Below are positions 1 to 13,928 of a DNA stretch of 64,000 bases, in pieces. How positions within the stretch are numbered: position 1 is the first letter of the stretch; each line of letters starts with the position of its first letter. Under the pieces are notes generated by a model. It ran no database searches, was not told where the DNA came from, and saw only the letters and a list, made by a program, of their open reading frames with translations. Origin of the DNA: the human T2T-CHM13v2.0 reference genome, Homo sapiens. The translations under genes and the position numbers were made by a program. Where the stretch lies: NCBI RefSeq assembly GCF_009914755.1, contig NC_060948.1, one strand, 5' to 3'.

Positions 1-3000
1 ATTCCCCATGAAAACAGAAAAACTAAGGCTTGACTCAGAAAAATAGCTGCTTTGAGCTGGAGTCCAAGCAATGTTCAATGATTCCTGTTAGAGGACCCAG
101 AAGCCTCCTGCAAAGTGCAAAAAAACCTCAGTCCCCATAACAAGACAATGACCCACAACCTGGAGCACATCCAGCCTACCCAAAGTCCCTTTTGCTTTCT
201 GAAATTTCTGGCAGCAAAATAATCTGTTGTGAGAGGCCATCCCTTCCAGCAACAGCCCAGTGATAGAGCTCCTCCACAATGAGAAGGTCATGCAGTTGAA
301 ATGAAACTGAGGCTAGATTCCCAGGCAAAAGCCAGACTTGGGTGTCAGCTTCTCATCCTATGGGAATCATGCAGCCCTCCAATAGAAGTGAAAGATCAAG
401 AGGTTTCTTGTTGGCAGCTGTAATGGGAATTTACAATTTTAAAAGTATCAAACTTGCCTAGTCATTAAAATGTGACAGTTTTTAGAAGAAAACACTCAGG
501 CAATGCATTCCCATGAGGGTCACACTTTGGGAACTGAGAAACATTTAGTGTGGAAGTTGTTGAGCCAGACCAAGGAAGCCCTAGGCCAATGTGGAATATG
601 GAAGTCAGAAAAAGAAGAGGCAAGTGTAGATGCCACATGCCACCCAGCATCAATCAATTCCACTCCGATTTGCCTCTGGGTATGAAAAACCTCAAATCAA
701 GAGTTTGCCAGGAGGGCCCCAATTTTCATTCCAAATGTTGCTTACATAATGAAGTACTCCCACCTGAACACTGGGCCATGGTGTGGACTGCTTGTGCAAT
801 TAAGGGAATGCTGGGATGGAGTTGGAAGCACCTGCTATGTCATCTGTCTTCATTTACTAATTAATTAATTAATTTATTTATTTTTGCAGGCAAAGTTGCT
901 GGACCCAGTTCACCCCTCACAAGATTGTATCCTCACTCCTCTCTGACCTTATTGTGGCTCATACTCTATGTCCCAGAATGAAATCCCAAGATGATGGAAA
1001 AATATCCCTTCATGATGTGAAGCACCTGCTCAGCAATGAAATGAATTTGAGGTAAATTCAAGGGGCAACCAGAAGTTTGGAAGACTCAAAAAAAGAAGCA
1101 CTGAAGTGCATTATCCACAGTCCTTTAAGCAGACTCCAGTTAAAGGCAAACACACACACACTCACACACACACACACACACACCCCTAAGCACACAATGG
1201 CACACACACATGCAGACATCCAACACTCACAACATTTTCACAGAAACAAGCAGCCTGGTAGCTCCTGAGTTTGGTTGGTTCTTCAGGAAGACCCACCTAG
1301 GAGAGAGCAACACCAGAGAATACAGTCAGGGTGTACCTAGAAATCACAGTGGGGCAAGTTTCAAAACTACTCACCCCCACAACATCTAGGCAGACCTGAG
1401 GAGACTTGCAGATCTTTTTGATCATTAAGGATTTCACGGTTTATTCCTGGAGCAGAGCCAGCCTAGTACTGGGGAAAATGCTGCCTCAGAAAACTCACTA
1501 TCAGACCATAAAAGTCTTCACCTCAGGCCCCCTTTGGGCTGTCTCCGTGGTTGGGTCTCGCTGGAGGAAGAGGCATTTTGAGACTGCGAGGTGATCATTG
1601 GAAACTGCTCTTCTGGCTCCATTCCAGAAAGAAACTGTGTGCAAGAGTCAGATCCCATGGGGATTGGAATATAGCCTGGTAGGTTGTTTAGAATTTTTGG
1701 GTGATAGATTTATACCTGAAACCTGAGACCACAGAGCCAGGTGTCAGTGAAAGATAGCCAAGCTCTTGACCTCACTGCTTCCCTTTATCTTGACCTCACT
1801 GGGGCTTTCTGGGAAAGGCAGAATCCAAGACAAAGTTAAGACTAAGGTATTACAGTATTCCCACACCTCAGACTGGCCTCTCACGGGTGCAGATAAGGTT
1901 GAGACAGTGTCTTAGAGGCCCTCTGTGGTGATGGCAAGCCTGAAAAGGGTGTCCAGTAGTGCTGATGAGGGGCACTGTGGATTCCCCAAGAAAGCAAAGA
2001 ACAATCAAGGCTCACCTGAGAAAATGAGTGCCTTTTGCTGGAGTATAAGCAATGTTCAATGATTCTTGTCAGAGGACTCAAATCTTGCAAAGTGCAAACA
2101 ACCTCAGCCCGCACAATGATGCAATCACCCACAACCTGGAGTGCAACCAGCCTACCCAAAGTCCCTTTTGCACTTTGAAATCCCTGACAGCTAAATAATT
2201 TGTGGAGAGAGGTAGTCACATCTGGCAATAGCCCAATGAAATTGTCTCTCCACAATGAGAAAGGATATGCAGATACAATGAAACACATCCTAGATTACCA
2301 AGCAAAAGCCAGACACACCGGCCTCCTTCTCATGCTCCAGGAATACACTGTCCTCTGATAAAAGTTGGAGAGCAACAGTTTCTTTTCCCACAACTGTAAT
2401 GGGAATTTATGGTTTTACATATATCAAAGCAGCCCAGTCATTAAAATGTGACAGTGTTTGTAAGGAAACATTCGTGCAACGGATTCCCATGAGTGTCATC
2501 CTCTGTGAACTAGGAAACATTTAGTGTGCAAGACATTTAGCCAGACCCAGGAAACCCTAGGCAGATGGGGAACATGGAAGTCAGGAAAAGAAGAGGCAAG
2601 TGTGGAGGCCACATCCCACCCAGCATCAATCCATCCCACTCCCATTCGGCTATCATAATGAATCTGGGGTTTGCCCAGATGGCCCCAGTTTGCACTCCAA
2701 ATGTTCCTTTCATGTTGGAGTACTCCCAGATGAACATGGGGCCATGGTGTGCGCTGCTGATGCAATTAAGGGAATGCAGCGATGGAGTTTGAAGCAACTT
2801 CTGTTTCATCTGTCTTCACCTTTTTTGCAGTTGAAGGTGCTGGACCCCATACACCCCTCACCAGACAGTGTCCTAACCCCTCTCTTACCTTATTGCTGCT
2901 CACACCCTCTTTGCCAGAATGAAATTCCAAGAAAATGGAGTGTCCCCTGTTGACTTTAAGCACCTGCTCGGCTGGGGATGGAATTCAATGTAAATTCAAG

Positions 3001-5430
3001 GGGTCCTGCAGAGAAGACTGCTAGTGTCTCTCCTTGGGTTAGCGTGAAACACTGAGAGATGTTGGTCTTGGGTATGACGTGCTGCTCTTCTTTCTGGAAA
3101 AGTAAATTTTTTTCAGGGGGAGGTGATTTGGACTCTGGCTCATCTTGGTCAGACTCCTAATTCACTACAGATTCATGATCCACAGAAAAATAAAGAACAC
3201 GGAGCCTTGCATCCCAAGCAGAACCACACACACAGGCAAACAAATGTTAGGTTACTCAAAAAAAAAAAAAAAGGAAGAAGAAGTGCTGCAATGCATTGCC
3301 CACATTATTTTAAGCAGACTCCACTAACAGGCACACACTCCCACACACACACCCACAAATACACAAAGCCACACACACAAGCAGACATCCACTACTAGCA
3401 GCACTCCCACAGAAACAGCAAGCCAGCTTCTGAGGCTGCATGGTTCTGCAGGCAGACACATCTGGGAAACAGCTACCCTAGGGAACACAGGTGGGCTATA
3501 TGTAGTAATCATTTTGAGACAAGTTTTAAAAAGAGTAACCCCTGAAACATGTAACCAGGCTGGAGGCAACCTGCATATCCTTTTGGATCCTTAGGGATTT
3601 CACGGTTCATTCCTGGAACTCTCCTTGATGTTCCTTCGGGCTGGCTCACATCTACCATCTACTAGAATCATGGCACTGTCCTGTGTATCCCACAGAAAAG
3701 ACAGGCAAGAGTCCACCACTGACACACCTCCACAGAGGTCTCATTCTCCACAAAGGTGCAGGGACTTGTCGCTAGGCAATGGTTCCATTTATTGTGACAC
3801 TAGCCAGAGCTCACTGCTCAGGCCTGGTGCTTTAAGACTAGCTCATGCACATTCATGAGACAGGATCAGGTGCCTGCCTGTCAGAGCCATCAGCTGCCTA
3901 AGCAGAGGAAAATGGTACAGGCAGAGCCGTCCTGGTATTGAGAAAAAGGTTGCCTGCATGACCCTAAAAGTCTCAAACTTATTGCCCCATCGGGTCGTCT
4001 TGGTGGTGGAGTTCTGGTGGAAGAGGAGGTATTTAGAAGCTATGAGGTGGTCACTGGAAACTGTTGTTCTGACTCCATTCCTGAAAGAGACCATGTGCAA
4101 GAACCAGGTCCCATGGGGATTGGGACAGGGGCCAGTGAGTTGTTGAGGGTTCTTTATGTGATGGAATCACACCTGAGACCCCAGAGGCAGGTGTCTGCAA
4201 AAGATGGCTGGGCTCTTGACCTCACTGCCTCCCTTCATCCTGGGCCTTGCAGGGGCTCTCTGGGAAAGGCAAGAACCACTACAAAGGCAATTTCAAGGTG
4301 GAGCAGTGTTCTCTCACCTCGAACTGGCCTTGCCTATAGGCAGATGAAGTTGTGACAGTGTCTCAGAGGCCATCTGTGGCAATTGCAAACCTGAAAATGG
4401 TGTCCAGTAGTTCAGTTGATGGGCAATGTGGAATCCCTAGGAAAGCCAAGAAAAATCAATGCTTACCTGAGAGAACAAGCTGCAAAATGCTGGAGTCAAA
4501 GCAATGTTCAATGATTCTTGTCAGAGGACTCAAAATCCTCCTGCAAACTGCAAAAATCTTCACCCCCAACAATGCAACCATGACCCACAACCTGGAGCTC
4601 AGCCAGTCTCTCTGAAGTCTTCTTTGCTGTCTGAAATTCCTTGCAGTCAAAAGACCTGCAGTGAGAGGGAGTCCCATCCAGCAACAGCCCATTGAAAGAG
4701 ACCCGTGACAATATGAAAAGACGTGCAGATGAAACGAAACAGAGCCAAGATTACCAGGCAAATATTAGACACAGTTGCCTGCTTCTCATTCCATATGAAT
4801 CAAGCCACCCTCCGATAGAAGTGGGAAAACAAGAGTTTCCCTGTTGGCAGCTCTAAAGGAATTTACAGTTTTAAAAATATTAAAGCTGCCAAGTCATTAA
4901 AATGTGACAGTGTTTAGAAGAAAACAATCACACAATGGATTCCTATGAGGGTCATCCTTTGTGAACTGGGAGATGTTTAGTATGGAAGACAATGAGCCAG
5001 ACCAAGGAAACCCTAATTCAATGAGGAAGATCGAAGTCAGAAAAAAAAAGAGCAACTGTGGAGGCCACATCCCACCCAGCATCAATCCATCCCACTCCCA
5101 TTTGGCCCGGTGTTTGAAAGCCCTCTAAGTGCACAGCCCCAGTTTGTACTCTACATGTTCATGGCATGTTGGAGAACTCCCACTTGAACACCGGGCCCTG
5201 GTGTGCATGGCTTGTGCAATTAAGAGGATGTGGTAATGCAGTTGCAAGGAACTTCTGTGTCATCTGTCTTCACCTTTTTTGCAGGTGCACTTGCGGGACA
5301 CAATCCACACCTCACCAGATTGTGTCCTCTTCTCTATCTGACCTTATAGCTGCTCACACTCTCTGTCCCAGAATGAAAGCCCAAGATGATGGAGTAGTGC
5401 TCCCTCATGACATAAAGCACCTGCTTGGCT
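1..5430. repeat. Degenerate long-period tandem array, ~2.5 units visible (SST1/NBL2-like, Y-type; TTTY-associated repeat)
   Basis: Motif gtcattaaaatgtgacagt recurs at ~461, ~2437 and ~4893. Motif aagcaatgttcaatgattc recurs at ~67, ~2047 and ~4499, and aagcacctgct at ~1020, ~2957 and ~5416. The period is ~1.98 kb then ~2.45 kb, and the first two units carry a CA-rich tract. The family name is from recall. Confidence 0.75.
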
Positions 5431-5669
5431 GGTCTCATGTATTGATTAATCATACCTATAATTGTTAACATTCATTGTGAAACATAATGTTTCATTTTTC
5501 TTCCTTATTCTCCACCATTTGTTTTCTTCTCAGATTAGTTATAGTTTGTAAATTATTTTGTCAAACATATGCAATAAGGTAACACCGCAGTATTGCAGAA
5601 TACACTGCATTGGAAACAGATTCATATTGGAATGGGAAAACATCCCTTATTACCTGCAGCTGGGAGATC

Positions 5670-6404
5670 AATAAGGATGGGATCTGGGGTTCTGACCCCA
5701 GGTACCATCTATGGGTGAATGCTTACACTTCTTGAATCCCTAGCGGGCATGTGTTACACGGTGCTAATTTAGTTTATCCATCTGTAGGCTACTAGTGTTA
5801 ATTCAATTAGACACCCTGCCTTACTGCAAGGACAGAGGGCTTTCCACATCCTGAGCTTATCTGCTTTGCTGTACCTGAAAAATTGGCTCACACATGGGCT
5901 TGGAGAATAAGTGCAAGGTTTCATTGATTGGAAGTGCTCAGCATATGGATGGGGAGCCAGAATGGAGATGGAGTGGGAACGTGGTTTTCCCTTGGAATGG
6001 GACAGCTCAGAGCTGTCCTCCCACATCCCCATGAAACCTTGTGTTCTGTGGTGAGTGGCCTGCTGCCTCAGTCGTTGTGTTCTCCTTGCTCTGGTGTCCT
6101 CTCGAGGTCCAGTTGCTGTGTCTTCTTGTGCTAATGGTTCCTCTCGATGTCCAGCTGCTGTGTATCTGCCTGCTAGTGTCTCAGGGTTTCTTATAGCACA
6201 GGATGGGGGTATGGCAGGCCAGGGTGGTCTTGGAAAATGCAGCACTTGGGCAAAAAAACAGAAACACATGTCCTCACCAACTGGGGCAAGAAAATAGAAG
6301 TGTGTGTCCTCACCTAGGTCAGTGAGCACAGGCGTGATGGTGGATCCCTAGCCAAGAACCACACCCTCCTCTACCAGGCACTTCCCTGCCCTCCTTCCAT
6401 ATCA
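5670..6404 (-). mobile_element. Solo ERV1-class LTR (LTR9-like)
   Basis: The minus strand begins TGATATGGAAGGAGGGCAGGGAAGTG...GACCTAGGTGAGGACA. The internal motif ggctcacacatgggcttggagaataagtgcaagg resembles LTR9/HUERS-P LTRs. The left edge is approximate. Confidence 0.6.
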
Positions 6405-7584
6405 TTATATTTTAAAATTTAAAACTCCAAAATAGCACCTTTAGAGAAGACAATTGGAGAAAATGGCATTAGAAGAGCCAGTCTAGGATTAGGCTCGCTG
6501 AATGCAAAATGGAAACACAGATAGCATGTCCGGCAGGCATGGAATCACTGCAGAAACATATCTCTTACTGAGAAGGAAAAGGAAACAAACTGGCTTCTCT
6601 CATCTTCTTGTTCTCTTATCTCTGCAGTGTCACCCCTTGACTGAACTGAAAGAGGAAGTAATTTTTATGGGAGCCTAGGATCCCTACCTCCCAGAGGCCA
6701 GGCCTCTCTATTACAGAACAGTGCCAGGGAGACGTGAGTGATGTAGCTGTGGGCATGCAAACCCAGGGCCTCACACAAAGGAGTATCAAAGACAAATACA
6801 GTATCAAGGGATGAAGAGAGAATTACTCTCAGGAATGATTCATGCTTGATATTTGTGAAAAGACCAAAAAGTAAAACAGCTTATGAGGTAGTAAACATAA
6901 AAAGAACATAAAGAAAAGCAGGCAAAAATGGTAAAGTCCAGGCTATTTACCTTTCCTTTATAGGATTTTGAAAATCCCTTCTGGAATCCTTTTCCCAATA
7001 TCTTCCATTCATGGATTCTTTCAGGAAATATTTATTGAGCTAGAATGGTCTAAGCATTCGGCAGATGGCATCATATACACTGTTGTACTTCTATCATTGA
7101 TAGAAAGAATGTTTCTTTTTTTCTACAATGCTTTTCTCCCAAACATTCTTCTTGAAAATTTGTGTCCTTACAGATGCTGTCACTTGTTGCTGTTCTAAGA
7201 AGGTTCCCCACACCCCTGTAAACCCAGTTAAGAACTTTCTTCCTCTCCAACTAAGTTACTATATTGCATATATTGTAACACTTGTCAGAGTACATTCCAA
7301 TTATTGCTCTTCTCTTCATTCTCAAATTAATATTTTGAAGGAAAATCTATGAACACAATGGCTTGACATTTCTCAATATTTATTGTATAAAAGGTTATTA
7401 GATATTTATATATATATTTATCTTAATTTTTGGAAAACAAAATAAACAATGTTCACTGCCCAATCCCCCATGAACTGCTCAACTTTAAACAATGTCTAGG
7501 ATTTTAGAGCAATTATACAAACTTTCAAAAAACACCTGAAAGTGTTTCTATTTTAATTTATTTTGCTTTTTATATTGAATTATT

Positions 7585-7840
7585 TTGTAGAGACAAAGTT
7601 TTGCCTCAAGGCCCACGCTGAAGTGCAGTGTGTGATCACTCCTAACTACAACCGTGAACTCCTGAGTAAATAGAACAACAGATGTGTGCCATCATGCCCA
7701 ATTTAACCAATTAAATAAGTAGTTACACTTTAGATATAGTTTTTGCTGTGTAGCCTGTGCTGATGTCAAACTCTGGGTTTGAAGCAGTCCTCCCTTCTCC
7801 GCCTTCCAGAGAGTTGTGATTCCAGGTGTGAACCACCAGA
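7585..7840 (-). mobile_element. Old, decayed Alu (AluJ-like)
   Basis: agagacaaagttttgcct...gctgaagtgcagtg...cctcccttctccgccttcc...caggtgtgaaccacca is an antisense Alu pattern. Confidence 0.6.
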
Positions 7841-8111
7841 CTTCAAAGAGGAAATTTTAGATTTTAGAATATTGCAATATATTAGACTTAATTTCTTCTT
7901 TCAACTTTACATTTGCAGTGACACTTCATAATAATTATTACTTATGGTGAGAATGTGATTTCTTATATTTGGTCACCAAATTTTGAAATCTTTATTCTGT
8001 TTACTTAAACCCTAATAACTTGTAGTCAACTGAGCTGAAAGTCAAGTACATGGGTGTTTTTTTTTTTTGCTGAGGCTGTGAAGACAAATGTAGAGATGCA
8101 TTAAAAACCAA

Positions 8112-8117
<6 letters not shown>

Positions 8118-8157
<40 letters not shown>

Positions 8158-8400
8158 TTATATATATAGTCTTTATATATATATAAAGTCTTTATGCTTT
8201 ACATATATAGTCTTTATATATATATAAAGTCTTTATGTGTATATGCAGTCTTTATATATACATAAAGACTTTATAGATATACAGTCTTTAGCATATATAT
8301 GTGTGTACATATACTTGTGTGTGTACATATGTGTGTGTGTACACATATATATATATGCTAAATGTGTGTATAGCATATATATATATATATATATGCTAAA
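8118..8400. repeat. Compound (TA)n/(TG)n microsatellite with repeated gtcttta units
   Basis: Directly visible. Confidence 0.9.
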
Positions 8401-9042
8401 GCTTTATCCTGGCTGGTGAAGCATCATACATGGCATGGATAGTTTTATAAAATACCCTGAAATACATGCTTTAGTAAGCAATTTAGCACTTGCAATTTCC
8501 CAACTTTGCTTTCAGCAGAAGTTAATGATGTATGTCACTTCAAGTAAGTAAATGAATGTTTGAATTGCTGTGAGTTATTTTACTCATTTCTCAGCTAACC
8601 ACTTAACTTATCAAAGATCTTTACTTGTACAATATCATAAATGATAGATATTAAAAATTAATCAACAGGATTTATCTAAGTAAAAGCTGCCATCTAATAT
8701 GATATTTTTCAGTAAGATGATAGCAGTAATTATGCCAAAAAATAGTAATTCCCCTAGTTTGAGCCCAGGTGACAGAGCAAGACTCTGTTCACATCTCTTT
8801 TCTGGGTATGTGCCAACTCTGGTCTGCTTTAATTTTAGTCAACTGCAGCAACTCATATATCATTTTAGGTCCTGGCCTACACTGATCTTTAATCACTGAC
8901 TGTGTCTGTGTCTGTCTGTATGTTTTGTGTGTTATCATATTTTATCTGAAGGAGCTAAATAATGGTGCTATAGTGGTTTCATAAACATAAAGCATTCCAG
9001 GAACACAATATTGCTTATCAACTGAGCTTTAAAACAGATATG

Positions 9043-9345
9043 AGGCAGGACATGGTGGCTCACAACTGCACTCCCAGCAATTTGGCAAGCCAAGGTGGGT
9101 GGATCTCTTGATGTCAGGAGTTTGTGATAAGCCTGGCCAACATGGCAAGATCCCATGTCTAATATCATAGCAAAGCTAGCCGGGCTTGGTGTCCCATTGA
9201 TATAATCTCAGCTATGTGGGAGACTGATGCAGGAGAATCCACTGAAACCCTGAGACAGAGTTTGCAGTGAAGTAAGACGACACCACTGCACTCTATCCTG
9301 GGCACCAGAGCCAAGACACTGTCTCAGTGTCTAAAATAATAAAAT
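9043..9345 (+). mobile_element. Alu (AluS/J, diverged)
   Basis: ggcaggacatggtggctcac...ccactgcactctatcctgggc followed by an A-rich tail. Confidence 0.85.
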
Positions 9346-9384
9346 AGACAGGACAGATCACTGAGAAGAGAAATGCATAACACT

Positions 9385-9675
9385 GGGTGGACATTGTGGC
9401 TTATGACTGAAATCCCAGCATTTTGAGAGGCTAAGGTGGGTGGATGACTTGAGGAAAGGAGCTTGAGACCAGCCTGAGCAAATATTGTGAAACCTGGTCT
9501 TTACTAAAAGTACAGAAAAAAAAAGCCAAGATTGGTGTCACTTGCCTGCAGTCATAGCTACTTGGGAGGGTGTGACTGGAGAACTGCTGGAACCCAGGAT
9601 GGGAAGGTTGCAGTGAGCTGAGATCATGCCACTGCACTCCAGCCTAGGCAACAGAGCAGGATTCCATCTAAAAAT
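9385..9675 (+). mobile_element. Alu (diverged)
   Basis: gtggcttatgactgaaatcccagcattttgagaggct...gcagtgagctgagatcatgccactgcactccagcctagg. Confidence 0.85.
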
Positions 9676-9699
9676 ATTAAACAGAGATACAGAGTTAGA

Positions 9700-9716
9700 G
9701 GAAAGAAAGAAAGAAA

Positions 9717-9764
<48 letters not shown>

Positions 9765-9812
9765 AGGAAGGAAGGAAGGAAGGAAGGAAGGAAGGAAGGA
9801 AGGAAGGAAGGA

Positions 9813-9906
<94 letters not shown>

Positions 9907-10025
9907 AAAAGAAAGAGAACGAAAGAAAGACAGGGAGAAGGGAAGGAGGGAAGAAAGAAAGACAGGGAGAAGGGAGGGAGAGAAGGAAGAAGGGAGGGAG
10001 GGAAGAAGGGAAGGAAGGAGAAAGA
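9700..10025. repeat. Complex (GAAA)n(GAAG)n(GAAA)n tetranucleotide STR / polypurine tract
   Basis: Directly visible just downstream of the Alu tail. Confidence 0.95.
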
Positions 10026-12649
10026 GAATGAAAGGCATAAAACCAAAAGGAAATGAATAAAAATAAAAACTTACGATTTTGCTCATTATCCACATGAATT
10101 TCAAACTATGTTTAAAGTAATATTTTATGTTTACAATAATATTAGTAATATTTAGGTCTCCGGTGGACTAACAGAAATTTTAAAATAAGCACCTATATAT
10201 TTTCAAAATTACTCATTTAATTATGAGTATTGTCAAAATTACTCAAGTAACTAAGCTTCTTGGAGGAGCTGAAACCTAGTTTTCAACAAATTTAATTGAC
10301 ATATGTCATCAAATTGCATACTATTGGGGCAAGGTAGTCTATATTATGCTGCCTAATCTATGCTAAATTAAAAATGAAATCAAATCTGCAAAAGATTTTC
10401 CATTTACTATTACTAGTAAAGGCTGTTTTGTTTCCTGACTTGTGGAGGGTTTTATTTCCACAGTTTTGATGGCTCTGGCAGAAACCTTCCTGGTCCAAAC
10501 TCACGTCCTATCATCACAGTATATACATGTTCAGGCATTAAGAAGAAAGAGCATCCCATCTTACTGCTTTCCTGCACTGGTTCCCATGCACAAGCCAATG
10601 TGCTATGTTAGTGACTATCAAATATTCATATATTTGATCAAGGAGATTTGTGTTTCCGAACAGTAAAACAAAAATACTATGATCAGTTGTATTTTTATTA
10701 TTTATTTACTTAGAGGCAGGGTCTTGCTCTGTCAACAGGCTGAATTATACATCACTCTGGTCTCAGACTTTTGGGCTCAGAGGATCCTCCAACATCGGCC
10801 TTCCAAAGTTCTGAAATTACATACTTTAGCAATTGTATCCAGCCTCAAGTTTAGAGATAAAGGCTAACAAATATATTGTAAACCATATAAATAAACCTAA
10901 TTGCAGGTTATCTGGAGAGCTGTAAGAAACCACTGAAAAACTGCCATTGTGGACAAGGCTGCTGACAACAATGTCATGCAAGCAGAGGAACGGGTCTTTC
11001 CCCAGTAAGCCTTCAGATAATACCAGAGACCAGCATGGCATTTCCATTGCTGCTTTTAGAGAAAACATGAAACAGTGGTGTGCATTTTGTGTGTGTGTGT
11101 GTGTGTGTGTAAGCATACATACAAAACCAGTTGAACAAAATAGGATCACCCACATAATGGAATATGATACAACTGTTTGTAGATATGGTAGAATGCGTCC
11201 TGAATCTATCAGTTTCTCAGCTTTTTTTTTTTTGGCTGGTAGGTTATTTATTAGTAATGATCCAATTTTGGAAATTGAGATTGGACAGGCTGGAGCTAAG
11301 ACTGGGTCCACTTTGATTCTGTTGTGGAACAGAAAATTGCATGGCTGTAATTTTGGCTGTGATTATTACTGGAATGTTTCTGTACAGATGGGCTAGTTTT
11401 CTGCCTGCAGCAGGAGGCCTTGGGGCTGAAAATCAGCTCCCTTGACATCTGCTGTTGAACAGATCACTTAGGGCCTGCTCTCAGCTAAGAAAGTTGCATA
11501 TTGCCCAGAAAGTTTCCCAAAGATTATGTAGTTCTCTGACTTAGGGAAGGCCCAAAGCTGAAAGTGGGTCCTCCCCATAGGGGAAAAAAACTGGAAAGTC
11601 TAGATCCATTTCCTGCTGGATAGAGCCTGGATAGGCTACATTCATTGGCTCAGACAGGCAAGTTCCCCAGCAGGGTAGCTGCTTCCCAGCAGCAGAGGGA
11701 GGGGCTGAAGCTGAGACTGGGATTCTTTTTCTCAATAAAGTCATGTCTTCTACAGATTCTAATGCCCCAGTGATTTCCATTAGATATATCAGAAGTGAAC
11801 TTCCTTCCAGGGGTACCAAGGCTTATTATATAAGCTACTTGGCCACTGGGTCCAGGTAGAGCCAGAAACTTTATCTTTAACCACTAAGTTGTCTCTGATT
11901 TTCAGCCTGGGGATTGATGGAACACACAGGGCTAGGATGGTCAAAAGTATATGGCAGCTGGGATTGGGTGGGGTCACATGCCCCTTCTGTGGATAATCAC
12001 CTAGTTGCCTCTTTGTCACAGCTTGGGAAGTTTTGCAGAGAAAGCCAGGTTGGGATATGGAAGTTGGCTAATGATTTGAGCATGGCAGATGCATCAACCA
12101 TGGTTGGTTGCTGCAGAGTGATGCTGTTGCCTAGTTTCCCTGATGGTGCACCTCTGCTGGCTGGAATGCAAGTGTAAGATTACTTTTATGGTCAATGTGA
12201 GCCCCATCCATGTAGTTTGTTTCTAACTGACCCCGGTTGTCTGATACCCTCAATATTTCCCACTGGGTAAGACTAGAGAGAACATCATGTGAAGAATTGC
12301 AAAATGGAAAAGAAAAGCCTGAGTGTACATTTTCAACTCTCTCCATTCTGAAGAAACTGTGAGTCTGGGAAAAATTTTGTGTGCAACACCATGCTGGCTT
12401 GGGGAGGAAAAAATTTAAAACATCAAATTAAAATTATTCTTTTATCCTTTGTGTGTGGCTATTCTCAGTTCTAGTCAAAAAAGGTGTCATATATTCAACC
12501 TCAAGTTATAGAATCATTCACTAAGGTATCCTTATCTAAGGATAGTTGTGAGCTGAGTTTTTTGCTGGAGAGGTAGGAATTAGCAGAATCATAGAATGCC
12601 TGTTCTGTCACACCAGACCCTAGAAACAGCCAAGTTAAAACACTGGTCC

Positions 12650-12965
12650 ATGCTGAGCACAGTGGCTCATGTCTGTAACCCCAGAACTTTGGTAGGATGA
12701 GGAAGGCATATCATGAGGTCAGGAGGTCAAGACCATCCTGGATAACACAGTGAAATCTCCTCTCTGCTAGACATACAAAAAAAAAAGAATTAGCTGAGCC
12801 TGTTGGCATTTACCTGTAGTCCTAGCTACTTGGAAGGTTGAGGAAGGAATATCTCGTGAACCCAGCAGATGGAGGTCAAAGTGAGCTGAGATCATGACAC
12901 TGCACTCCAACCTGGGTGACAGAGTGAGACTGGATCTCAAAAAAAAGAAAAAAGAAAAAAAAACC
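12650..12965 (+). mobile_element. Alu (AluS-like)
   Basis: Two arms, an A-rich linker and a poly(A) tail. Confidence 0.85.
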
Positions 12966-13159
12966 TCATCCAAAGGGAGGAGTGTAAAACGTTGGGGTGC
13001 TTCATGGAGAACCTGAAAGTTAGAGAAAGCCAAGGTTTGGATTTAAGGAATATCTCATGGGACCATCAAAAACCACTTCTTTGTCCCCTATGGAACGCAA
13101 GAAATAGTGAATGCTGAGGTACACTGTTTACCGATAAAGGCACATTATCAGCCAGAGAT

Positions 13160-13595
13160 ACATGGTTAAGTCTTCTTGTGTTCCTATGAAAGGATGAGAC
13201 TGGAAAGTTTATAAAGAAAATAGCTTTCATTGATTCCTTGTTCTGCAGACTGTAAAAGATGTGTGTGGTGCCAGCATCTGCATCTGGTGGGAGCTTCACG
13301 AGGCTTCCACTCAGCACAGAAGATAAATGAAAACAGGCATGTCATATGTGGAAAGAGCAAGAGAGAGAAGGGGAGATGGTATCAAGCTCTTTTCAACAAC
13401 CTATTTCTATATAAGCTTCATTGTGGGAATTAATACAGTAGAAAACTCACTTATTAACCATGGCCAGGGTGCCACGCCATTTATGAGGGATCCAGCACCA
13501 TGACACAAACCAACACCTCACCTTCGTGCTATTTACAGTGTGGAGGACCACATTTCAGCCTGAGGCTTGGAGGGACAAATGTCAAAACTATAACA
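13160..13595 (-). mobile_element. MaLR solo LTR (MST-like)
   Basis: gtggtgccagcatctgcatctggtgggagcttc, agagcaagagagagaagggg and the terminus caaaactataaca (reverse complement TGTTATAGTTTTG) fit MST LTRs. Confidence 0.75.
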
Positions 13596-13928
13596 ATAGG
13601 CAAGTTTAAAAATCATGCAGAGTTATGGTAAGACGATCATTTTTTCTCTTTAGTATCCTGGGACTACAAAAAGCTGGAATTCATTAGTTTCCAGAGATTA
13701 GAAAGTTAGTATTGAAACTCTTAGGCAGCAACCTAGATGTCAGGGCCATAGTTGGGTAGTTTGACTTCTTGGAAGGAAAATTTGGAAGCTCAGTATATTG
13801 CTAGAGTGAGTGATGATGAAGGCTGATGAGAAATGCCTATGTGCTTGCTCTCAGAGGACCTTGACAGATCCAAAAGTCAGGAGGATTACGAGCAAGATAC
13901 CTGGGCAGAAGTTATAAAAGTCAAGACA

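Noticed and set aside
88-5468. Many 60-135 aa ORFs in the long tandem array
   Set aside because: The frames are not conserved between repeat units and there are no recognisable domains.
5769-6329. 186-aa ORF
   Set aside because: It lies entirely within a solo LTR.
9538-10104. Four 130-190 aa ORFs (poly-FLS / poly-KER)
   Set aside because: They are translations of the GAAA/GAAG microsatellite.
10900-12600. Possible ancient MLT/L1M fragments
   Set aside because: Only a vague resemblance; family and boundaries cannot be supported by eye.
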